Source: an uncultured cyanobacterium (lineage in GTDB: Bacteria > Cyanobacteriota > Cyanobacteriia > Cyanobacteriales > Nostocaceae). From it: a stretch of DNA of 64,000 bases. Positions 55,020-64,000 of this stretch are shown here, in pieces. A program made the translations under genes and the position numbers. The DNA lies in NCBI GenBank assembly GCA_963706595.1, contig OY970166.1, positions 3,904,001-3,968,000 on the forward strand, in the 5' to 3' direction. The notes under the pieces are model-generated. The model ran no database searches, was not told the DNA's origin, and saw nothing but the letters and a program-made list of their open reading frames with translations. Position 1 is the stretch's first letter. Every line of letters starts with the position of its first letter.

Positions 55020-56066
55020 ATGCTCCAGCTTGTAATCATTGTGTTGGTTGTTATTTTAGGTTCAGCGCTTTGTTCTTGTACAGAAACGGCGCTGTTTTCT
55101 GTTTCTCCTCTGAAAGTTAGACAATTAGCACAATCAAATAACCCTTCAGCAGTTGCACTTTTGGCGATTCGAGAAAATATGAATCGACCGATTGCAACCA
55201 TTGTAATTCTGAACAATATTTTTAATATTGTTGGCAGTATTCTTACAGGTAGTATTGCTAGTCAAGTGTTAGGAGATACTTGGTTAGGGATATTTTCGGG
55301 AATGTTTACCTTCTTGATTATTATCTTTGCTGAAATCATTCCCAAGACTATTGGAGAGCGTTACTCTGAACCCATCGCCATGTTGGCAGCTTTACCTGTG
55401 ACTGGACTTTCTATAGCTTTCACACCCTTAGTCTGGATTATCGAAAATCTGACGGCACGTTTTTTTAAAACCAAAAAACGACCAACTACAAATGAGGCTG
55501 AAATTAAGCTACTGGCAAACATTGGTCAACAAGAGGGAATTATTCAAAGCGATGAAGCAGAAATGATCCAACGGGTGTTTAGATTAAATGATGTGACAGC
55601 CGCAGATTTGATGACACCGAGAATTATGTTGACATATATCCGAGGTCATCTAACTCTTGAGGAAGCAAAAAAAGATATTATTGCTTCTCAACATACCCGG
55701 ATTATTGTAGTTGATGAATTTATTGATCAAGTAATTGGATTTGCCTTAAAGCAAAATTTACTGACAGCGATGGTTGAAGGCAATAACCAGGAAAAAATTG
55801 CTAATTTAGCCCGCAAAGTTAATTTCGTTCCGGAAATAATTCGCGCAGATAAACTGATGAAAAATTTTATAGCCGCGCGTGAACATTTAGCTGTGGTGGT
55901 TGATGAATATGGGGGTGTGGCTGGGGTTGTCACTTTGGAAGATGTGTTGGAAGTGATAACTGGTGAAATCGTAGATGAGACGGATAGAACGGTTGATTTA
56001 CAGGAAATTGCCAGGAAGAAGCGAGAAAAAATGTTGCAGTCTATTAATGTTGGTAATACGCCTTAA
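55020..56066 (+). CDS. CNNM/CorC (hemolysin-family) protein with CBS pair
   Basis: SCTETALFS, AEIIPKT, MTPR, VVDEYGG, LEDVLE. Confidence 0.9.
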   Translation: MLQLVIIVLVVILGSALCSCTETALFSVSPLKVRQLAQSNNPSAVALLAIRENMNRPIATIVILNNIFNIVGSILTGSIASQVLGDTWLGIFSGMFTFLIIIFAEIIPKTIGERYSEPIAMLAALPVTGLSIAFTPLVWIIENLTARFFKTKKRPTTNEAEIKLLANIGQQEGIIQSDEAEMIQRVFRLNDVTAADLMTPRIMLTYIRGHLTLEEAKKDIIASQHTRIIVVDEFIDQVIGFALKQNLLTAMVEGNNQEKIANLARKVNFVPEIIRADKLMKNFIAAREHLAVVVDEYGGVAGVVTLEDVLEVITGEIVDETDRTVDLQEIARKKREKMLQSINVGNTP

Positions 56067-56330
56067 TTATCAAAACTTAGCGATGAGAAAATGTGTGAGA
56101 TTAGAAGTTGTATTGTTTTCTTGATGAGATATCTGGAGACAAAAAATACAGAGACTAAGGATGACTTGTCTCTCATAGGTTTCTTGAAGGAAGATACATA
56201 TTTGAATGCGGTATATGCCTATGATAGCGGTGTGTATTTGAGTGATATCCAAAAACAATCCTGAAATCATATCACCGCCAGAATTTTGGTGTTCTCAAAT
56301 AATTGAAAGCCGCTAGAGTTATATTAAATT

Positions 56331-56366
56331 AGTGCGTTAGGTTTAATGTCCATAACGCACCCTAGC
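56331..56366 (-). repeat. REP-like hairpin after relA/spoT
   Basis: Minus strand CTAGGGTGCGTTA...TAACGCACT. Confidence 0.55.
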
Positions 56367-56397
56367 AAATAAGAAACACAGTTTTTCTGTCCGCCTA

Positions 56398-58668
56398 CTA
56401 TTCGTCAATTTGACCAAGGCGACGGATATTTAAAATGTCGCTCATTTTTTTAATTTGAGTAAATACTTGCTCTAGTTGCAAGCGATCGCGTATATCTATT
56501 CCTAAGTCAATCAACGCTGGTTGACCAATGGAAGTATTTACCTGTGCATGACGCACATTGATTCCCTGGTCACTCAACCGCGATAAAATATCCTTCAAAA
56601 CTCCCACACGGTCAAGGGCTTCGATTTGCACATTCACTGGGTAAGTGTGGGGACGGCTAATGTTTTCGATGGCTGAGTTCCAACTCACGGGTACTAAGCG
56701 CTCATATTCCACACTCTCCAAATTATTGCACCCTTGGCGATGAATGGTAATTCCCCTACCCCGCGTTACCACGCCAATAATCGGTTCACCAGCAATGGGG
56801 GTACAACACCCACCTAAGTGATACACCAATCCTTCTACACCAATAATCGGTGAATCACAAGGACGCGTGCTGGGGGGAGGCGTATCGCGGACAGTTTTTG
56901 ATGTCGTTGGTAGTTCTTTACCCGGAAATAAAGGAATAACGTTAGCAGGTTGTTGTCCTTTAGCTACTTCTCGCCAGCGATTTAGCACGAGGTTGAGAGT
57001 AATTTCACCGTAACCCAAATTGGCGAGTAAATCTTCTGCACTGTGGTAATTACACTTTTCAGCTACAGTTTGCATGGCTTGGGATTTCAACAAACTATCA
57101 AAACCAGTTTTACCCAGTTCCTTTTCTAACAACTCCCGTCCACGAGCCACATTTTCATCGCGGCGCGATCGCTTGTACCATTGTTTAATCCGATACTTCG
57201 CTGCTGAACTCCTGGCAAAGTTCAACCAATCCAAACTGGGATGGCTGTTCTTTTGGGTAATAATTTCGACAATCGCACCGTTCTGTAACCGCGTTGACAA
57301 AGGGACCATGCGACCATTCACCCGCGCCCCTGCACAGTGGTTGCCTACTTCTGTATGAATATGATAAGCAAAATCTATACACGTTGCACCAGGGCTTAAG
57401 GGTACAACATCCCCCTTTGGGGTGAAGACATAAACATCATCTTCAAATAAATTGTCTTTGACACTATCAAGATATTCTTGAGCATCCTTTAGATCACTTT
57501 GCCATTCCAGCAGATGTCTTAGCCAAGTAAACTTTTCATCTGTGCTTGTCAATGGGCTAGTAGAACCACCTGTTTCTTTGTACTTCCAATGGGCTGCAAT
57601 CCCATACTCAGCGACATGATGCATTTCTATAGTGCGAATTTGAATCTCCAAAGGACGGCCACTCAGTCCAATCACTCCAGTATGCAACGACTGGTAATGG
57701 TTAGGCTTGGGCAATCCAATATAATCCTTAAATCGAGAGGGAATCGGGCGAAAAGCATCATGAACTACTGCCAAAGCCCGATAGCATTCCTCATTGGTTT
57801 GGACTATAATCCGCAGGGCTGCCAAATCGTAAATTTCATGAAATTCTTTTTGCTGCCTTTGCATTTTTTGATAAATGCTATAAAGGTGCTTGGGACGACC
57901 GCTAATATCTTGACAGTGAATGCCGGCTTGGTGCAAACGTTCCCGCAGCATCTCTGTAGTTTTGGCCAGTTTTTCTTCCCGCGCCGCCCGTTTGTCGGAA
58001 ACATACTCTTGTATTTGCCGATAAGCTTCTGGTTCGAGGTATTTAAAAGATAAATCTTCCAGTTCCCATTTTATATGCCACATTCCCAAGCGATTTGCTA
58101 AGGGGGCAAAAATATCTCTGGTTTCTTGAGCGCTGCGGCGGCGACTGGACTCTGACATATACTGTAAAGTTCGCATATTATGCAAACGGTCTGCCAGTTT
58201 CACCACAATTACTCGGATATCCTGCGCCATAGCCAAAAACATCCGCCGGAAGTTTTCCGCTTGGCTTTCGGTTTTGCTGGTGAAATTTATTTTAGACAGC
58301 TTGGTGACACCTTCCACCAATTGCCGCACTTCTGGTCCAAAATGTGCTTCTATATCATCGCTTGTGACATCTGTATCTTCAACTACATCATGAAGAAATC
58401 CAGCTGCTATCATAGCAGCACTGCCCCCCAAATCTCGCAGCAATCCAGCCACGGCAACGGGATGACTAATATACAGTTCGCCCGATTTGCGATACTGTCC
58501 TTCATGCAGTTGATAAGCAAATTCAAAGGCCTGACCAATTAATACTGCATCAGTATATTTTCGGTCTGATTCTGGTTCGCCCCTATATGCTGAAGATTCT
58601 CGTAAACATTTGATCAGCCATTCCGGGAGGGCGAGATCGGTTGTGGAATTTATAAGTATGCTGCTCAT
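56398..58668 (-). CDS. relA: Bifunctional (p)ppGpp synthetase/hydrolase
   Basis: HD motif LHDVVED, KLADRLHN, YQSLHT, EIQIRT, TGS and ACT domains. Confidence 0.96.
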   Translation of the reverse strand: MSSILINSTTDLALPEWLIKCLRESSAYRGEPESDRKYTDAVLIGQAFEFAYQLHEGQYRKSGELYISHPVAVAGLLRDLGGSAAMIAAGFLHDVVEDTDVTSDDIEAHFGPEVRQLVEGVTKLSKINFTSKTESQAENFRRMFLAMAQDIRVIVVKLADRLHNMRTLQYMSESSRRRSAQETRDIFAPLANRLGMWHIKWELEDLSFKYLEPEAYRQIQEYVSDKRAAREEKLAKTTEMLRERLHQAGIHCQDISGRPKHLYSIYQKMQRQQKEFHEIYDLAALRIIVQTNEECYRALAVVHDAFRPIPSRFKDYIGLPKPNHYQSLHTGVIGLSGRPLEIQIRTIEMHHVAEYGIAAHWKYKETGGSTSPLTSTDEKFTWLRHLLEWQSDLKDAQEYLDSVKDNLFEDDVYVFTPKGDVVPLSPGATCIDFAYHIHTEVGNHCAGARVNGRMVPLSTRLQNGAIVEIITQKNSHPSLDWLNFARSSAAKYRIKQWYKRSRRDENVARGRELLEKELGKTGFDSLLKSQAMQTVAEKCNYHSAEDLLANLGYGEITLNLVLNRWREVAKGQQPANVIPLFPGKELPTTSKTVRDTPPPSTRPCDSPIIGVEGLVYHLGGCCTPIAGEPIIGVVTRGRGITIHRQGCNNLESVEYERLVPVSWNSAIENISRPHTYPVNVQIEALDRVGVLKDILSRLSDQGINVRHAQVNTSIGQPALIDLGIDIRDRLQLEQVFTQIKKMSDILNIRRLGQIDE

Positions 58669-58958
58669 ACACTAAAGATTAAAGGTGTTGGGTAGATAGG
58701 TGAGAGATGAATCTAATGGATAGCATCGTTGACATAAAATGCTATCTGCAAGGGATCAGTAAAAAAATGAGAAGGATTCTCTAGTGGTCTATGGTAATTA
58801 TCCATACAGCCATTAAAAAATCTTATGTTGAAAAATAGACTTATTGCAAATAAAACCTCAAAGCGTAATTTGAGGTTTATGGTTTTTAATAAGAAGTTGA
58901 GAAAGTTTATTGTAAAAGATAATTTTCTTGACACTAATACTATCTTAACTAGCACTGA

Positions 58959-59312
58959 ATGTCTCTAAACCTTGAGAAATATCAGACACTAGCAATTTTG
59001 CTAGAGCAAGTACGTTCTGATACCACTTCTGCCCAAGTAACTGCATTGGAACTGCGAAAGGGTGTATCGTTGTTGCAGCAAATGTTTAGGCAGCAGATTG
59101 TGCCTTTGCCTGATGGCAGTTCGCGGGTACAATCCTATCGGACAGAAATTAGTAAGCAGTTGCGCTTGTTGGAAATTGATGTGATGTTTTTCCAAGGAGC
59201 GCGCCAACCATCCACTGCCGAAGGGAGGCTGAAGACGATTAGCGATCGCCTGACTACTCTCATTCAATACTGTGACGCTATTCTCCAGGCAGAACCGGAG
59301 GAGGAAAAATAA
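58959..59312 (+). CDS. patD: Heterocyst frequency control protein PatD
   Basis: QSYRTEISKQLRLLEIDVMFFQGARQ...YCDAIL; divergent from relA/spoT. Confidence 0.8.
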   Translation: MSLNLEKYQTLAILLEQVRSDTTSAQVTALELRKGVSLLQQMFRQQIVPLPDGSSRVQSYRTEISKQLRLLEIDVMFFQGARQPSTAEGRLKTISDRLTTLIQYCDAILQAEPEEEK

Positions 59313-59857
59313 CAATTCTTTACCTTTTGCTCTATTTCTGACATAATCTCATTTTTCACTGCCAATTGAAAGTTATTTTTGTAACAACTTTTAAAATGGT
59401 TAGTGTGGAAGAGGTTCAGAGGTAAAATGTGGGGAGTTGTCAAGAAAACAGATGCAATTTTCTGGTAAATTTTTCAAGAATTGCCCCATATTTATTTGAA
59501 CTTATCGGTAAACCGGATACTAACGTAACTGTTCACACTCGACTACCAAGAAGGTATTAAGAAGCAACAGGAATAGGAGGATTTTTGATACCCAGAGGAG
59601 CTTAAGTGAGAACTTGAGCAACATAACTGAATAGTCTAATGATTATCATGATTGTATATGAGATGTTTTATTTTTTGGAAGTCTCTTAAAGCATTAATCA
59701 AGTTATTTAACTGTCAGTCACATTAAATGCGGTATAAAAATTAGCTTTAAAATAAACAATTGGATTGTTTATTAACTAAATTATTGTGTATACTAATACT
59801 TAGTACGAAAAAATAATTGCATGAAAATTTGTATAAACTCATACTTATATCTTTGAT

Positions 59858-60889
59858 ATGACTAAAAATTTGCCATCTATTTATTTCTACCTTTCTCAAT
59901 TTGAGTGGTTCTCACAAAATGTCTTATCTCATTTATCTAATGCAAATACTTACTTGCCTTTTTTAAACCAGCAAGGAATTAGCGATGGAGAGTATGCCTG
60001 GATTGTACAAACCTATTTAAACTTGAAGGCAGCAGGGTTTCCTTGTGAAATAACCGGAACTATGCCCCAAGAAGGTATCGTTTTGGTTCACCATAATTCT
60101 CTATCGTTTTTTCTGCGTCCTGGACCTCGTTTGCTACTGATTTATTTAAAAGCTGATAAACCCCCTAGGCCTTATGCTCAATTGCAGGTTGTTCAGAATA
60201 GCTATGAGGTAGAGAAATTACCTAACAGTTATTATATGCCTCATTGGCCAATACCAGGACTCATTCCCAGAGATCCAGCACGGGGTGATCTATTTGAGAC
60301 AATTGCCTACTTTGGTACTGGCGGGAATCTTACACCAGAACTCTTAGATCCATCCTGGGAAAAGACTTTGAGCGATATGGGACTACGATGGAGGTTCAAG
60401 GGTAGAAATGAATGGAACGATTTTAGTGATGTTGATGCTATCTTAGCGGTACGTGGGTTTAATACTGTGCCTCAGAGTTGGGATAAAGAACAGGGAGCTT
60501 GGAAACCGCCAACCAAGCTATTCAATGCTTGGTTAGCAGGAGTTCCAGTTCTTTTAGGTAATGAACCGGCTTATCGAGATCAACGTCAGAGTGAGTTAAG
60601 TTATATTGAGGTCAATTCTCTGGAAGAAACCATAACTCAGATTAAACGGCTACGGGACGATAAAGCCTTTCGATGTGCAATTGTTGAAAATGGGCGAGAG
60701 CAAGTCAAGCAATTTGGTGTAAAACAGACATTAGAAGCATGGCAAATGTTTTTTACAGATGTGGCTGTACCAGCTTATGAATCCTGGAATCGAAGGTCTT
60801 GGTTAAGTCAGAAATCATTCATTTTGGAACGATACTTGGGAGTTAAATGGGATGGAGTCAAACGTCGCATAGGCTCAATTAAAGTTTAA
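59858..60889 (+). CDS. Glycosyltransferase-like protein (GT-B, GT1_4/CgeB-like C-terminus)
   Basis: KPPTKLFNAWLAGVP..LG.E; IVENGRE. Confidence 0.65.
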   Translation: MTKNLPSIYFYLSQFEWFSQNVLSHLSNANTYLPFLNQQGISDGEYAWIVQTYLNLKAAGFPCEITGTMPQEGIVLVHHNSLSFFLRPGPRLLLIYLKADKPPRPYAQLQVVQNSYEVEKLPNSYYMPHWPIPGLIPRDPARGDLFETIAYFGTGGNLTPELLDPSWEKTLSDMGLRWRFKGRNEWNDFSDVDAILAVRGFNTVPQSWDKEQGAWKPPTKLFNAWLAGVPVLLGNEPAYRDQRQSELSYIEVNSLEETITQIKRLRDDKAFRCAIVENGREQVKQFGVKQTLEAWQMFFTDVAVPAYESWNRRSWLSQKSFILERYLGVKWDGVKRRIGSIKV

Positions 60890-61135
60890 GTTTATTAACA
60901 AGCTACAAGCCAAAACGGGCGACTTCTAAACCTTATTTAATCAGCTTTTTGGTTCCAAATTATTACCAATAGCTATGAATTCATAGTACCAGAAATTAAA
61001 CAAAAAAGCTTTCGACTAGATGGGTTGGGGGTGAGGTTCTGTTTAGACTCATCCGCATTGGGGAGTTAATCTGATAGACTGACGGAAATTTAAACTTATT
61101 ATCTCCAGTGGTAGCTCAGGGCTAACAACTAATAT

Positions 61136-62770
61136 ATGAGTGAAGCTTTATTTTGTATAGAAAATCTGCGTGTTGCTTATCCTCAGAGTCACGAGGAAGC
61201 GTTAAGTTGGGCAATTGATGATGTATCTTTGACTTTGCAGCCTGGGGAAACCATGGGTTTGGTGGGTGAGTCTGGTTGTGGTAAATCAACTTTAGGAAGG
61301 GCTGCAATGCGCTTGTTACCGCCTGATAGTCGCGTTGAGGGTCGGGTGACGTTTCAGGGTGAATCGGTGTTTGATTTGATGCCTAAGCAGTTACGGAAAT
61401 TTCGGGGAGAGGCGATCGCACTAATTTTTCAAGATCCCATGACACGCCTCGATCCTTTGATGACTATTGGTAAGCACTGTATTGAAACTCTTCAGGCGCA
61501 TTCACCAAAGTTATCCACCAAAGAAGCCAAGGAACAAGCGATCGCTACTTTGGCAAAAGTGAATATTCCGGCGAGTCGTTGGAATCAGTATCCTCATGAG
61601 TTTAGCGGCGGAATGCGCCAACGGGTAGCGATTGCTTTGGCTTTACTTCTCAACCCCAAGTTAATTGTCGCTGATGAACCCACCACCAGTTTAGATGTCA
61701 CCGTCTCAGCCCAGATTTTACAAGAATTAACCCGTCTATGTAGTGAAGAAAACATGGCGTTGTTATTGATTTCTCACGATTTGGCGATGGTGGGTGAGTA
61801 TTGCGATCGCATCGGTGTGATGTATCAAGGCAAAATGGTAGAAATGGGTGCGACTGAAACTGTATTGAGACAACCTCAACATGAATACACGCGATCGCTA
61901 TTAAAAGCAGCTTTGCATATTCAAGCAGTGGATGAAGACATTAGAAAAGAAACTTCCCAATCACCAATATTGCAGATTACGGAATTGCAGCAGCATTACA
62001 CTATAGAACCCAATTTTATGGAAAGACTCTGGAAAAAGCCAGGGGAAACAATTAAAGCTGTCGATGGAATTAACTTAGAACTATATCAAGGGGAGATTTT
62101 CGGATTAGTTGGAGAATCAGGTTGTGGTAAAAGTACCCTATCCAGGACAATCTTACAACTCATTCGTCCTACGGCTGGCAAAGTTGAATTTTTGGGACAA
62201 GAGTTAACGACTTTATCGCGTCCAGAAATTCGGGCTTCCCGGCGACAAATGCAAATGATTTTTCAAGATCCTCATGCTTGTTTGAATCCGGTGATGACAG
62301 TGGGACAAAGTATAGCTGATCCGTTATTTATCCACAATTTAGCTGATGCAGAAAAGGCGAAATCACAAGTATTATGGATGTTGGAAAAGGTGGGATTAAC
62401 ACCGCCAGAACTTTATTATCAACGTTATCCATCGGATTTGTCTGGGGGACAGCAGCAACGAGTGGCGATCGCCCGTGCTTTGATTACTCGTCCCAAACTG
62501 TTAATCTGTGATGAACCTGTGAGTATGTTAGATGCCAGTGTTCAGTCACAAGTGCTGGATTTAATGTTAGAATTAAAAGTAGAGTTTGAATTAACTTACT
62601 TGTTTATTACTCACGATTTGTGGTTAGCACGGTTTTTGTGCGATCGCATTGCCGTAATGCACAGTGGTAAAATTGTGGAAATCGGTAGTACCAAGCAGAT
62701 TTTTAGCGATCCTCAACACCCCTACACTAAAACTTTACTAGCAGCCGCCCCCTTGCTGGCGCGTGCTTAG
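61136..62770 (+). CDS. Dipeptide/oligopeptide ABC transporter, fused double ATP-binding subunit
   Basis: Two GESGCGKST, FSGGMRQR/LSGGQQQR, HPYT. Confidence 0.93.
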   Translation: MSEALFCIENLRVAYPQSHEEALSWAIDDVSLTLQPGETMGLVGESGCGKSTLGRAAMRLLPPDSRVEGRVTFQGESVFDLMPKQLRKFRGEAIALIFQDPMTRLDPLMTIGKHCIETLQAHSPKLSTKEAKEQAIATLAKVNIPASRWNQYPHEFSGGMRQRVAIALALLLNPKLIVADEPTTSLDVTVSAQILQELTRLCSEENMALLLISHDLAMVGEYCDRIGVMYQGKMVEMGATETVLRQPQHEYTRSLLKAALHIQAVDEDIRKETSQSPILQITELQQHYTIEPNFMERLWKKPGETIKAVDGINLELYQGEIFGLVGESGCGKSTLSRTILQLIRPTAGKVEFLGQELTTLSRPEIRASRRQMQMIFQDPHACLNPVMTVGQSIADPLFIHNLADAEKAKSQVLWMLEKVGLTPPELYYQRYPSDLSGGQQQRVAIARALITRPKLLICDEPVSMLDASVQSQVLDLMLELKVEFELTYLFITHDLWLARFLCDRIAVMHSGKIVEIGSTKQIFSDPQHPYTKTLLAAAPLLARA

Positions 62771-62794
62771 AATATTCATACTCCGGAAATCCAG

Positions 62795-62965
62795 TTCCCC
62801 TCCTCGCTTGCGGTGAACCAGCGCTGTAGGCGGGTTTCCCACCGTAGGCGACTGGTGAACCCGAAGGGGGAGGGGTTAGGGGTGGGGTCTTATGACAAAA
62901 AAGAGAATTTCCCGACTTGCTTCATACCCCCTCTCCTTACTAAGGAGAGGGCTGGGGTGAGGTTC
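62795..62965. repeat. Cluster of Nostocales-type dispersed repeats
   Basis: ttcccctcctcgcttgc..gggagggg split by GGTGAACC-bounded element; CCTCTCCTTACTAAGGAGAGG palindrome; GGGGTGAGGTT. Confidence 0.55.
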
Positions 62966-62972
62966 CACAGAT

Positions 62973-63884
62973 TCAATGATTTCCTTCAATTAATTTAGCT
63001 GTGTTTCCACTCGTTCCATAAAGCTCAACAAATCTTTTAAAGAGTAACGTACTTGCATTATTAGAAAATTTACTTAATTTGAATAAACGCTCAATATTCT
63101 TGTCAGTTAAGTTGCGGAGATAGGGTAAATCCTCAAATAATGTCAAACAAGAAGCAAAATGTAAGAGTATTTGCAATAAGGGTTTAGGCCAATTTAGATC
63201 GCTGTAAATATCTATGAATAACTGATGTTCCTTATCCGTCAATGGGAAAGCTTGAAAAATTACAATTATTCTTTTATTATTGTAAACTGGAATACTCAAT
63301 TCAATTGTATAGGGAGTGTGTAAAATTAAATCGACCTCTACAATCGGTTTTCTCCAAATTCTCAGAGGATTAGCGGGAGAATCTAAAATTGTTTGAAATT
63401 TGATAATTCCACCAATCTTTGTGGGCTGAAAGTGGCTAATATTGAGAATTTTTAAATTATTTAAGCTAAAATTATGAACTGTTTCCAAATGTTTTAAGTT
63501 TAGCAGATGATAAATTTGGCAAAGGTAAGGAAAAGGTAAAATATATTCTTGGCTGATCATGTGTCGCTTTTTTAATGCAAACTTATTTGATTGCACTGGA
63601 CACAAGTTTAATTGAGATTGCTGATCTTTAATATCCGGTTTTAAATACAACCAACTTAAAAAAAACAAAACTGTAGTCAAGAGATGAAAAAATTCTAAGC
63701 TAGATAAATAACCATCAGCAAAGGTGTCCAAACTCTGATCTACTATTCCATAAATCCAAGCCGGAATGCCTAACAGCCAAATACTAGTTCTGAATTTACT
63801 TATAAATAAAGTTAATTCTACAGTTGAATCTTGCTGCTCGTTATTTTCGGAAATTTCAGGATTCTTTACTAAATTCTTAAACAT
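62973..63884 (-). CDS. Hypothetical membrane protein
   Basis: 303-aa ORF, two N-terminal TM segments; no family recognised. Confidence 0.7.
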   Translation of the reverse strand: MFKNLVKNPEISENNEQQDSTVELTLFISKFRTSIWLLGIPAWIYGIVDQSLDTFADGYLSSLEFFHLLTTVLFFLSWLYLKPDIKDQQSQLNLCPVQSNKFALKKRHMISQEYILPFPYLCQIYHLLNLKHLETVHNFSLNNLKILNISHFQPTKIGGIIKFQTILDSPANPLRIWRKPIVEVDLILHTPYTIELSIPVYNNKRIIVIFQAFPLTDKEHQLFIDIYSDLNWPKPLLQILLHFASCLTLFEDLPYLRNLTDKNIERLFKLSKFSNNASTLLFKRFVELYGTSGNTAKLIEGNH

Positions 63885-64000
63885 AAAATGTAGTTAGAAA
63901 TTTTCTCAGCTACATTAATCCTAGATATAGCTAATAGAAACAACCTCTACCTTTGGTGCATATAGCTTTTTAAATAGGTTGAAATTTCCCAGGTTTATTT

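Noticed and set aside
56070..56270. 66-aa ORF downstream of relA/spoT
   Set aside because: No recognisable motif; may be a gene remnant but cannot be supported

Overview
64 kb of a heterocyst-forming cyanobacterial chromosome (Nostocales). The basis is abundant HIP1 GCGATCGC, patD, heptamer STRRs and a 16S that looks Nodularia-like by eye. The backbone is housekeeping: recJ, def, ftsX, aat, rpsN, nth, rseP, sbcC, the rpmH-rnpA-yidC-jag-yceD-ycf46 cluster, pntAB, petN, comEC, glyQ, a full rrn operon with tRNA-Ile/Ala, tRNA-Gly, relA/spoT and patD. The notable accessory signals are five. (1) A RAYT (REP-associated HUH tyrosine transposase) with a cognate 27-bp REP, CTTGTAGAGACGCGATT(T/C)ATCGCGTCT, seen 7 times. 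One copy is in frame inside the RAYT, one supplies its stop codon, most lie 7-14 nt behind stop codons, and 6 of 7 trail locally generated tandem repeats on the GTAG-distal side. (2) An integron attC-like site in a decayed island behind the rrn operon, with an OLD-family pseudogene and an IS4 remnant. (3) GlyQ with a 64-aa C-terminal tail ending in a predicted membrane anchor. (4) A toxin-antitoxin cluster where two toxins appear deleted or replaced, one by an Mrr-like nuclease gene. (5) Many MITE-like shells carrying REP doublets. Two single-base insertions (GNAT gene, 23S PTC region) may be assembly errors. All family assignments come from motif recognition, not database searches.
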